64,000 nt of DNA from Antedon mediterranea (lineage: Eukaryota; Animalia; Echinodermata). The position numbers and the translations under genes were made by a program. The stretch's first letter is position 1. The number at the start of each line of letters is the position of its first letter. The notes under the pieces are model-generated. The model saw nothing but the letters and a program-made list of their open reading frames with translations. It had not been told where the DNA came from and searched no databases. Below, one piece after another: positions 51,101 through 63,293 of the stretch. Location of the stretch: positions 18,831,432 through 18,895,431 of the forward strand of contig NC_092679.1 of NCBI RefSeq assembly GCF_964355755.1, in the 5' to 3' direction.

Positions 51101-54100
51101 AAGAGTTCCATGTTTTTTTTGACGACCAATACAGCACCACTGCCTAGCCTCATGAGACTTGGTTTAGAAAGCATTGGTTTTCCATCCTGTAATTGGTGGA
51201 TCGTGCATATCAATTCTGAAATGTATGATGGCATGAACTATGATAATTTTGATATATATATATTTATTATTTTTAATCAGAATTTCAGTTGCCGGTTGAA
51301 GAAGAACCTGAAGTGGTACAGCATGAAGAGGAGGAAGAAGAAGAAGAGGAAATAAAGAAAGAAGATATTAATAAAGAGAAAAAACTTGTAAGCTTTTAAT
51401 ACAGTTTTGAAAAGCACTTGGATCTTAGTTTGACAATCATTTTAAATGCACATATCAACAAAAATCAATGTATTTACCTGTGTAACATAACAAATTTATT
51501 TACTGTATTGTTTTTTATTTTTTTAGACCAAAAATCAAAGACGAAAGAAGAAAAAGAAGAAGAGGCAAGCTGTTAGAAGACAACAGCAGGATGATGAAAT
51601 AAAGAAAGACGATGAAAAAGATGAAGCAAATGATGTGGAGATTGAATACGTACCAGAATCCTTGGATATAGCAGATCCGTCTTTCAGATCCTTCAGGAAG
51701 GTCTTTGAAGCCTTCCAGGTATGTTTTCTTTTTCTGTTTATTTTAGTTGTCCATTTTTTGATAACCAACAAATGAGAAAATAAGTAATGCTCTGTCTACA
51801 CTATCAAACTTTATGTGACGAAAAAATGTGATGTGCCCATATATGGACATATCGCTACCGTATTTAAGCATATCACTACCATATTTGGGCACATCACACT
51901 TTTTTTGTCAAACTAGTTTGATAGTGTAGACAGAGCTTAAGAAACACCTTGGGGTTAATGCTGAAGTTAATGAGCAGTTATTGGAACCATGGACATTACT
52001 TGCTCCGGGTAAATTATGATTGAACTTGCCAAATAAATATTATTATTAAATGTTTCAATTTTGGTTAATTTAGCTTGCTGAGAAGCCGAAACCAGAAGTG
52101 AAAGCTGAGGAGAAGGCACCTGTTGTTAAACCTGTTGAAGTTAAGAAAAAAGAAGAGAAGGATGATTCCGATGATAGTAGCGATGAGGAAGAGGTAAGAA
52201 CTGCAAATTTGAAAAGACTGAATAGATTGCCTGATAAGCAATTCCGATTTACAAATTTGAATTATCAGTGTTTACCTAATGATGATTTTAGTTTCAATTA
52301 TTACAGCTTGTCTTGTACATTATGTCATACACACTTATACAGGGCACATTTATATAACATTAAGCATCATCAGTAATGCTTTAAATCAATTACTGTAATA
52401 ACATTGTTTGAAATAAAATTGTATACTGGGGTGGATTGTTATAAGCGGTCTATAAAACGGTAGCACTTAGCCGGCTATAATTTGTGAGGTAGTATAGGGT
52501 CTATCTGATAAAGCCTGCTTTAAACGAGTAGTTAAGACCATCAGTTAAGACTGTTTTATAGCAGTCCGCTCCTGATTGTTGTTGTCCAAGTGTTTGTCAT
52601 TGCATTCTTCTATATGCATGGTTTCTACATTCTAAAAAAGCAGCACTATGTTACTTACCATGCAATCCAATCAAAATAATAAATAAATAACAAATATGTT
52701 TTATTTTAAAAAGGAAAAGATGGAGGATGACACTCCGAAAATATCCAAAAAGAAACTGCGTAAATTAAACAGACTGAGTGTTGCTGAATTGAAGCAGTTG
52801 GTGTCTAGACCAGATGTTGTGGAAATGCATGATGTCACGGCAAGAGACCCTAAGTTATTAGTACATTTAAAGGTAAGCATGGCGGGTGGTTTGGTTCGTA
52901 ATCGTAGTAAAACCTGGTTTCTGTTCTCCTAAGCAACATGGTGCTCAGCAATTTAATTCCACCTAGCCCTGGCCCCACTGTCACTCATCAAGGGGCCCCT
53001 TGATTGTCAGCATGCGCTGTTTAGGGTTACCCTCTATAAATAAGGTGTAATGAAAGATAAAAATTATTGCCTAGCATAGTTAGACCATTCATTACAAGCA
53101 TATATGAAAGTGTGTTGCATTTAGGTGGAGTGGTGGATGGTTAAAGAATTACAAGATAACCAACCTATTTCCTATAATTAACTGGACCTAAAAAATCCTT
53201 TAAATTATCTCTCAAAAACATTGAAAATGTCAATGGTTTTCAAAAAAACCTAAGGCTTCAGATCCACAATTTGTAGTGAAGTCTATAGCACTTATTATGG
53301 TAGGGTTGGTAATCATTATGTTATTGTCTTGTATTTTAGTCAAGTAGAAACACAGTCCCAGTACCAAGGCATTGGTGTTTCAAGAGGAAGTATTTGCAGG
53401 GTAAAAGAGGTATTGAAAAACCTCCGTTTGAGTTACCAGAATTCATCAGAAGAACTGGTATTATGGAAATGAGGCAAGCACTCCAAGAGAAGGTAATACC
53501 AGAGTAAACATAGCTAGCAATATGAATGACCCTTGCTGTGATAACTTCTGTAACTACCCCAAGTTCTGAGGTATTTGCAGGAACTATTGCAATAACACTT
53601 TATTGTGATTTCTTTCTTTATTCATCCAAAAATTAAAAACAAATACATAAATATAACATTATAATATATAAAACAATTAAATAATTGGATAAAAAGGAAG
53701 AAGAAAAAAGGCAACTTCATGCCTATCTAGCTCTACTCCCTGTATAATTATAAAATTTCAATTTTATTTAAATCAAACATTATGATAAATTTAATTACTA
53801 ATAAATAATAGTATAATAATAATAATAGATTATAATATAATTATAATATAATTATACAGACTATTGCTTTGTATTGTGTTTGAATTAAATTTCATGTATT
53901 AAGGGCCTTTCACACCTGTTCCGGCACGGTTCCGGTCCGGCGAATCGAACGCCAATGTTTCGTTTTCACGACGCTCCACGCGGCCAAGCACCAATCGATA
54001 TGCGCATAGTCGCATAAAAACGAAACATTGACGTTCGATTGGATTTGCCGTCGCCGCACCGGAACCGTGCCGGAGCAGGTGTGAAAGGCCCTTTAAGTCT

Positions 54101-57100
54101 GTGATGGTGATTTATAATTCTATTCAAGTTTGTATTGTAATTTTTTCACTTTACAGGAGGAACAACAGACAATGAAAACAAAAATGCGGCAGAAAGTACG
54201 TCCCAAGATGGGAAAGATAGATATTGATTATCAGAAACTTCATGATGCGTTTTTCAGGTAATTTTTCACTATTTAGTTTGGCTATATTTAAAATAAAACC
54301 ACTTATTTATTCATAGTATTCTAATGCATAGTAAATTTGATTACTTAATTTATTTTTTTTTTATATCTGTATATTTTTATGTATATTTGATTGCAAACTC
54401 TTGTACTTTGGATTGGAGATAATCTTATGTCTTATGTCTTAAAAAACTTTTGAATTTCTAAATAATTCTATTTAAAAATAATTTTGAATAATTTATTTTT
54501 TAGATGGCAGTCAAAGCCAAAGATGACAATTCATGGCCAACTATACTATGAAGGTAAAGAGTTTGAAACTAAACTAAAGGAGAAAAAACCAGGTGACATC
54601 ACTGATGACCTTAGAGTGGCTCTTGGAATGCCAGTTGGTTCCGTAAGTTGTTCTTAAAAATTAAAGATAATTACTGCAACAGTCTAAACTGACCGAAAAT
54701 CAAACCTTCCCCTTCATAAAATGTGTAATTTATTTTTTAATTTATCATTACAGACTGCTCATTCTGTTCCTCCACCATGGCTAATCGCAATGCAGCGATA
54801 TGGTCCACCTCCATCTTACCCCAACCTCAAGATCCTGGGACTGAATTCTCCCATTCCAGAGGTAAGTTACTTTTTAGATTTATAAGATTCATGCATTCTT
54901 ATTTGATGAAGAGGTGCTCCTTTGTTTTGATACATCAATATGAAAGCTCCATTAGTAGACCTATGTGCATTAATGTTAAAAGCATTATAATTTAGGTTTA
55001 ATTATTGATAATAAATAACAGTGTATACTTATTATTTACAGGGATGTTCATTTGGCTATCATGCTGGTGGATGGGGTAAGCCTCCTGTAGATGAAACGGG
55101 GAAACCCCTTTATGGGGATGTATTTGGGACCAATGCAAGTGATTTTAAGGTAAACATTAAGTTATTTTTTATTTTAACAGATTCAAATTAAAAGTATCAT
55201 ATGTACATGTAAACATACAATGAAATAGTAATGGCTTTTATTTCAACAATATTTTACGAGGGTTGTCCATCCAGCTGAAGCTGTTCAATAAGGACTCTGA
55301 ACAACATTATATGAATTGAAATCAAACAATTAATTTGTAGATACCATAAATATAATAGACTCACTGCATCCATGCAATGCATGGTAATGATTTAATCAGC
55401 CATTAGGTAAAGAGCATAGACAGGAGATTGTCATACCTGGCATTATTATGTATGGTAAGCAAACAGGAAAAAAATAAAAAGAAAATTCAGACCAACAAAT
55501 TTGATTGATGTTTTGGTAGATTGAAGAGGATGAAGAACCACCAGAGATGGCACCGTGGGGTGAATTAGAAAGTGAATCGGAAGAAGAAACCGATGATGAA
55601 GGATCAGAGGACGAAGAGGAAGATAAACCAGATGAATCCGGTCTTATTACACCAGCTGATGGGTAAGTAACGGGTCTAATCTCTCAGTGCACACATAAAA
55701 TCTAGTTTGTATCTGTTGGTGGTTAAAGATAGGTTGTATTTGGATGGCTAACTTTAACTAACTAATAATTAATTTGTTAAGAGCACTATTAAAATTAATT
55801 TATTTTTATTATAATTTCAATGTCGAGATCAGTGTCTCTCTATTGGATTTAAAAACTATTTTAACATTCATTTTTTTTAAAATTTACCAGAGGACTTATC
55901 ACACCCAGTGGAGTAACATCTGTGACAGCAGGCCTAGAGACACCAGAGATGATAGAATTGAGGAAAAAGAAGATAGAAGATGCCATGGACCAAGGAGGAG
56001 AGACGCCTGCTTTATATACAATTATACCAGAGAAGAGGGCCAACGTAGGCGCTGCCATGATGGGCTCAGCACATGTATATGATATTGGTGCTGCGGTAAG
56101 TGGAATTTATTAGTTTTATTACATTTCTTTATTCACATTGAAATGTTTGGTTGTTGTAGTTTAGTTAGGTACATGCAGTGTTAAGATATTGTAAATAGCC
56201 AATGACAATTTTTACCTATGAAGACTTATGAAAAAAAAACTATGAAGATTGACTTTGAATTTGATACTAGTTGTACAGACTTACCATTAAATCATTGAGG
56301 CATTTACAGTGTATCCTTATTTCCGCTTGTTCGTTTTAAGGGAAATTGTCTTCTTAATAGGAAGGGTGTCCCCTTAATAGGAGGGTGTCCCCTTAATAGG
56401 GCATCTTTTATACTCATCAAATTTGTGAACTGTAATGTTCAAAAGACATTTCGATGTATCATTTTATTTTTCTTGTTAGTTTGTTAGTAAACCTCATTAT
56501 ATTTGTGAATCCTTAGGCCAAGAAGCCAAGCCAGGCTGCAGGATCTGAAGTAGTAGCTATTGCTCTTGATCCTAGTGAATTGGATCTGGACACAGCAGCA
56601 ATGGCTGCCAAGTAAGTACATTACCACAAAGCAATATTCCTGTCCAAGAAAACTATGAGAATGCACTTAATAACATAGTGTAAAACGGACTACAAATAAC
56701 AAGAGGCAAGCCATGTTTCAACGTTTCCATCTTTATTTGATCATCATCAGGAATTAATAATGGCATGCCTCTTGTTATGTGGAGTCTGTTTTATACTATG
56801 TTATTTAGACATAATCAGTGTATTTATTGGTGCTTTTAATAATATTAATAATTTATAATATTTATATCCTAGATTCAGTAAATTTCTACAGTATCATATG
56901 CTTGAATTTTACTAAACAAAAACTGCTAAATATGTTAATTTGATTTCTTTTAGGTATGAAGAGCAAGTTCGAGAACAGCAATCACATCTTGAAAAAGAGG
57001 ACTTTAGTGACATGGTGGCAGAACATGCTGCGAAACAAAAGGTATGCACTCTTAAGCTCTGTCTACACTATCAAACTAGTTTGATGATAAAACAATGTGT

Positions 57101-57554
57101 GATGTATCCAAATATGGTAGTGATATGCCCAAATATGGTAGTGATATGCCCAAATATGGTAGTGATAAGATGTCATCATGTCCAAATATGGGCATATCAA
57201 ATTTTTTTTGTCGCATAAAGTTTGTTAGTGTGAACAGATTTTTAATAATATTATTATTCATTGCACATACAAGCAGGCCCTCAATGCACTGAAGTGTAAA
57301 ACAGGAAATGGCAAAATTGTTTGATAAATAATTATCATATACAGCCTCTCTCAATTTAATTCCACGTTTGTGATGGTGAATGAATGATAAAGAAAAACAA
57401 TCATAAACCACCCAAGAGTTTATAAAGAAACCTACTATAAATGTATTAGTTAAACTTTTTTTAATGTTTTTTTTTTAAATTTCAGAACAAAAGGAAAAAG
57501 CAAACGCAGGATACAAATCGTGCACCCAAGAAGTACAAAGAATTCAAATTTTGA
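48130..57554 (+). CDS. SF3B2: Splicing factor 3B subunit 2 (SAP145)
   Basis: About 18 exons: 48130-48211, 48388-48458, 48642-50375, 50484-50747, 51281-51387, 51527-51718, 52074-52193, 52714-52872, 53340-53492, 54157-54257, 54504-54642, 54754-54861, 55042-55149, 55521-55662, 55891-56095, 56517-56610, 56953-57041, 57486-57554. Carries an N-terminal SAP motif, 'SKKKLRKLNRLSVAELKQLVSRPDVVEMHDVTARDPKLLVHLK', 'VPVPRHWCFKRKYLQGKRGIEKPPFELP', the PSP motif 'PPPWLIAMQRYGPPPSYPNLKI' and C-terminal 'KKYKEFKF'. Confidence 0.96.
53902..54092. mobile_element. Near-palindromic Harbinger-type MITE
   Basis: Reads AGGGCCTTTCACACCTGTTCCGGCACGGTTCCGGT...ACCGGAACCGTGCCGGAGCAGGTGTGAAAGGCCCT with TTA TSD. Confidence 0.85.
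56716..56754 (-). ncRNA. Degenerate minimal hammerhead motif in the loop of a 46-bp inverted repeat
   Basis: Minus strand reads ttc-CTGATGA-tgatc-aaataaa-gatg-GAAA-CG-TT-gaa, with a palindromic ACGT stem III. The arms are 56669-56714 and 56760-56805. Confidence 0.5.
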
Positions 57555-58082
57555 ATTACATTCCGTACAACTTTCTTTTACCGAATTGTTTACTTTTAAA
57601 GGCCTTGTTTGCAGAGATGTATAGAGATATACTTAACATTCTAGAACAGTGTACTATTATGTGCTGCCATAAGGCAGTGTGATAATGAAAACAAATTGAA
57701 CAATGAAAACAATCAATGTATGGTAATACAGTACATTGAACCAATTTTTACTTTTTTCCAATATTGTATTGAATCTAAAAAAATTGTAATGAAAAAGGTA
57801 GTATTTGCATACATTTTCACTATGTATGTAACAGTTGACTTGTATGTTTTAAAATGTATTTACAGTTGGTTGTATTAAAACAAGCAGACATCCTTGAGCT
57901 GGGTGATAATGTATGTTTTGCACTGTGATATACAATGTTATGCTGTACTACACATTTGATAAGGCTAATGATGAGGATAGGACATAATTGTAAATGAGTA
58001 TGCCATCTAATGTGTGAGATTAAATTCATTTTTTTTACAATGGTAATCTTATCTTATAGTATGTTTTTAACTAACTCATTAA

Positions 58083-58673
58083 AGGACAACTTTACCAAAA
58101 ACCACATATTATTAGAGATGCACAAAAGCAAACTGTGAAGAGTTCTATATTTTGTATGTTAAAGATGTATTGTCCCCTGAAAAAATAATTCTTAATAACA
58201 TTTTTGTTTAAAATGCCATTTTAATGTAACATAATAGTTATCCACTTTGACCAAAAATTGGATCGAAAAAAAAAAGGAAATTACCTGAAAAAACTGTAAT
58301 TTAAAGCAAAAAATAGTCAAATTGGCTCCCAGCCAATGGATTTTTGGTTGAATTTAACCATTTATTTGGTCATTTTATAAGTGAAAACATTCTTCTTTTT
58401 ATTTTTTTTCTACGGAAGTGATTAACTTGATTAAAACTACAAAATAACATATTCATAGTCCGATTGAATGAATCTTCATTTTTTATGTTTTTGGGGGACA
58501 ATAAATCTTTAACAATTAACAGTGAACACTTATGAGGTAGATTTTGCTAAGCACCTGTGATGTCACATCAACTTGCGGTGACTGCGGCGATATCGTAAAT
58601 CTTAAATTGTTCTGAAATCGTAATGCACATCCCTAATGCGTTGTTAACATATGGTTCTCGGTAAAGTTGTCCT
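58083..58673. mobile_element. Kolobok-like non-autonomous element with a second element nested at 58163-58508
   Basis: Outer element: TTAA-AGGACAACTTTACC...GGTAAAGTTGTCCT-TTAG (perfect 14-bp TIR). Inner element: TTAA-AGATGTATTGTCCCC...GGGGACAATAAATCT-TTAA. Confidence 0.75.
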
Positions 58674-59342
58674 TTAGATTTTCTCACAAAACTATAAACA
58701 CATGGATTTGCTTTTAAAAATATATTTCAAAATATTGCACACATAATTTACAATATTCAATATTAATCAAGGTGTCAATACATTTCTCAATATCGATAAT
58801 CTATGCCTATTATCTCATGGGCTAATAGACTTTAAACACTGCCTAGTTTAATGTGTACCTGGACATCTACACCTGCATTTTGGGCGTCAAAGTGTGTGTT
58901 AAGTGAAAGAGGTATTAAATGCAGTGTCATGTATTTTGGTACTGATATACTTGCATTTACATAATTGTTTGGTGCAGTCACCATTTTATTTCATCCATTA
59001 ATGCAACAACCTCCACGGAGGGGGAAAATAGTTCAATGTTATTAGAGATGGTATCCTATGACCTTAAGGTCTGTCTGCACTATCAAACTAGTTTGACAAA
59101 AAAGGTGTCATGTGCCCAAATATTCTCGCATATGGATAGTGGTATGACATCATGTCCATATATGCATGGGCACGTCGCATTTTTTTGTGACATGAAGTTT
59201 GATGGTGTAGACAGAGCTTAATCTTGTGGCAGAGCACTGATCTCGGTATTCTCAATTCAGTAGTATGGAGCAAAATGGAAACAATTTTTTCAGTCTGAAT
59301 CAAGGAATCTCAACTGGACACAAGAGCTCTCCCATGATTACA

Positions 59343-60613
59343 TCACCTAGGTGTAGTGGATCTTCCTTGTTTCTTTACTTCTTGTTTCCATTCTGGTAAC
59401 TGCTTCTCAACCATTTTCCAATATGATGCCTAAAAACATGTCAAAAAAGAGCAAAACAAAACTTGTTTATTGTAAATTTATTCATCATTTTCTATGCAGT
59501 ATTTATTATCATGAACAACTTCTGCTCCATTATAATTATCAATTGTTGCTATCCATCAAGGCTGTAGCAAGAGGTTAAAAACATACGAGGCAAAGATGCT
59601 TTAAATATATAAAATATGAGCTGTGCTTGGGGATTGGGGATGGGTGGTGTCTGCCTCATGCTGGCCACGGACCTCTCCATCCACTGGACAATGAAACACC
59701 CTTATACTCCAAGTTAATTGTTGCCATTTAATCTAGACAAGCATGAGAGGATTTTTCTATTCCTGCCGATAGATACACTTGAATTTTCATTCACAAATAT
59801 ACAGAATAAATAAAGAAGAATCACCTGTAAATCTGTAAAGGTCCTAGATGAATTTGTTCCTTGTTTCAGGATATCCTCAGCTTTTGAAAGTTTCTGATGG
59901 TACAAAAAGTGTAAGAGAAAAAACAAAATGTAATCAAAAGACCACAAAAAGGATTGCTGGAGGAGAGCCCAGTTGGATCAAAGATTTAATGTGAGCATGG
60001 AGGTAAAAACCTCCATGATGTGAGTGTCACAAGAAGAGTGCCCAATCTTTTGCAATAATTGTATTGTCAAAGATCTTTGGGTCACATCTTTTTAGTTCAG
60101 ACAATGTTCAGTTATAACAAAAGGTTAAAAACATACGAGGCAAAGATGCTTTAAATATATAAAATATGAGCTGGGATTGGGGATGGGTGGTGAAAATTGC
60201 GCCTTGTCTGCCTCATGCTGAAAATGTGAGAGAAGTATGAATGCATTTGGAAGAGATGACCCGACCATTATTATATATTTCACCTTCAAGAGATGACCAT
60301 ATATATTTGACCTTTAAGAGATGACCATAGCTAACCTGAAGTAGGATCTGATTTCTTTTTTTTGCTCTTGTCCAACTCAGTGCTAAGTTACTGTTTTTTG
60401 CTTCATTTGCACCAAGCTGCCACTCTGAGTTTCTCAGAAGTGCCTCTCTTCTAGTTAGTCTAAACAAAGGAACAAATCAACATCAATTATTATTATTATT
60501 ATTTTTTACAAAGAGTTTTGAATGTACAGATATTTATTTTGTTTTACTTACATATCCTCGTGCGACTTATTTAATTCCATTTCTCTTTCCAACCATGAAT
60601 CAACCGGTTCCAT
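59343..60613 (-). CDS. CEP15: C3orf14/CEP15-like (DUF4570-type) coiled-coil protein, ~113 aa
   Basis: Exons 60613-60552, 60459-60336, 59893-59825 and 59429-59343 give MEPVDSWLEREMELNKSHEDILTRREALLRNSE...AKKRNQILLQKLSKAEDILKQ...LQASYWKMVEKQLPEWKQEV.. The pattern E..L.K.HE.I...R..LL / A.KRN..LL / YW..VE...P.W matches my recollection of C3orf14. Confidence 0.72.
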
Positions 60614-62835
60614 AATACGAAATCTTCAATATCTAGAGTAGACTAACAAAAAACAAAATTAAATAGATATACATACAGTCAGTTTGAATCATTTTGTAGG
60701 TATTTTAAATTTCCAGAAATCTCCATTTAAACTAAATTTGGTACAGTAATAGTAGAGTAGTACAGTACAGTCAACAATACAAATACGATACATTTAAAAA
60801 GCGGTCTACCGCCCTCTATCTTTTAAAAGCAGCTAGGCCTATAGCCTAGCCTAGCAAGTAGTTGTTAAGCCACTCTACCCTGCCGGCCTAGCTCTAGTTT
60901 AGTTACCATGTCCACTAGTTAAGTGATTGGTTACAGATTATTTTACTTTATTGCTAAAAGTATTTCCCTGTAAATTATTTACCCCGTAAAATTATCTTTC
61001 GTGCTGTAAATTTTCAAAATAAGATAGGACGACAACACTATACTACTACAAACAAATCGACAAACAAAAAAATACGATACATTAAGAAAACCGTCTACCG
61101 CCCTCTAGTTTTAAAACAAGTTTAGAGATGTTTTAGATCTGTCAATAATCCAACAAATTAAGTATCCTCAACCCAGAAGGAAAGGGAGGAGAAGAATCAG
61201 AGAGAACAGCCAGCCAAGCAGATAATTTTCACTCAATCGTTGGAAATACGCGGGTAGCAACAGTGATTTCTGATTAGCCAATCAATGTAAAGAAAATAAG
61301 ATCATCTAATTTTCATATAGTCTCATCCAATCAAAGTGACTGTAAACTCCCTCTTCAGCTAAGTTAACGTCAAACTAACTTATTTTTGTCCTTTTCCACG
61401 TCCACCAGCAGCGAAGGGGAGACGCAACATTTGGAGCCAATAGTAGGTAGGTGCTTTTTTTCCTAATTTAGGTGCTAAAATATAGGGGTTTTAAACAAAT
61501 CTAAGGCACTATGTTCAACATAAATTAAAACACTTGATTTGAAGTTTCAAATGGTTCGAGTTGGAATTAGGAGTACACCTTTTTAGTCTAGGCCTAAACA
61601 CATTCTTTCTTTTTTTTTCGAATTCCACACTGACATGAGAACTTTGACGGCTGACGATCTTTCACCTGTCTTGTGTGCTGCTGTGCTGTGCTTGTGTTTT
61701 GAACGGGTTAATAAGAATTCCAATGTTACTTCATTCACTAAAATACAAATTTATTTTAAATGTATTTTGACTTGGTATTATTGTTGTTGGTGCCAAAATA
61801 TGTTATTATTATAATGCATAATTTTTTTTCAGGTCTGACTTCAAATTTAAACCTTATGCAGTATTCACTGTTGTTACAATACACAATTTCAATTGGTCTT
61901 GTTTGTCTGCCTACTTGGGTCTCTTTGTTGCTGTATTTCTTCTACAACACACAATAAGGATATATGGATACCAACATGAGTATAACATCCATGTATAAAA
62001 CATTCATGTTTATAGTTTGTGGAACATTTTTTGCTAAGTTAGCCAGCCCTGCATGTGTGTGCATGTTCCGGCCTTGATGACATTAATGCATGAACATTTT
62101 GCAATTTTACAACATTCTTTTCAATGTGTTCCAGAGTGTGGACAAGGCATCCAAAACATAGTAAGACCTAACCAATAAAACCAATCAAACTAACATATAA
62201 ATAATGCAAATTATCATATTTATTTATCTATATGTTAGTTTGTGGTTATTGCCTTGCAGGTATACTAACACATTTTAGAGTAGAGTTTATTATTCACAGG
62301 TTGATGATGATCAGGTCCTGGATTGAAGACCCCCCCCCCCCCCCCTAAATCCATTCACATGCAAATACAATATAATATATCATATACAATCTATATGATA
62401 TAAAATATGTATTGCTTGTATGCTGTTGTATCATGCATTAGGTTTTGAATGTTTATAATTTATGCAAAAATAATGATTATTAATTGGACCTACTTAATTA
62501 TTTTATAATTCTCATATTATATGTCACATACCTGGTATATATTGTTACGGCTCATTTTTAGTTTAGCGCCCTCTATAATTAAAGGTTGTCTAATAATGTC
62601 CGCTCACAAAGATAATGTGTTCTATGCGTAGGTCTATCTAGAAGAGACACAAACGTAAGTTTTAATCATCTAATGAATAATATTGTGATAATAATAAGAA
62701 ATTATGATTAATGCAGTAGTTGATTGAAGTTATATTATAGTTAAATTGGACTCCGAACGCCGTCTAAATGGTGCGTGGAGTGTAGGCCTATCTGTGGCCA
62801 AGATTGAAAGCATGTTCATGCTTGTTTTATAATGT

Positions 62836-63267
62836 TGTAACGTTCGCAATTCTCCCGCGGTTGTCATGGGATGAAATCCAGTGTGATACGGACGGTGCTC
62901 GTTCCGCTTGATTGAGCACGGCTCTATTCAAGAGCTATTTACACGGAAGTGTTATTGTTATGTTTGGAGCTCCGTAAGAGTTATTTAAACGTAAATGCTT
63001 GTTATAATACAAACATGTTATTATCTTTTGTTTCTAGTTGAAACCATCATCATAATCATCATTATCATCATCAGTAAAGTCAGTCTTTATTCAATAGCTG
63101 ATCATCATCAGCGTCATTATCGTGATCTTCATCACATCGGCAAGTTGCCATGGCCATCGCCATTGAGAGTTGAATAAAGTGTTTAAATTGATGCGTTACA
63201 AGTTGTCTGAGATTGTTTATTTGATTGTTCAAGTGAAAACCTACGCCCAACAGTAGAGGCTGTTACA
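62836..63267 (+). mobile_element. Probable 5' LTR of a Bel/Pao-type retrotransposon (~432 bp)
   Basis: TGTAAC...GTTACA inverted termini, internal AATAAA at ~63173, and a long ORF starting 26 bp downstream. The 3' LTR lies outside the window. Confidence 0.65.
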
Positions 63268-63293
63268 GTTTCAAGTTTATATTCTAAAGTACG

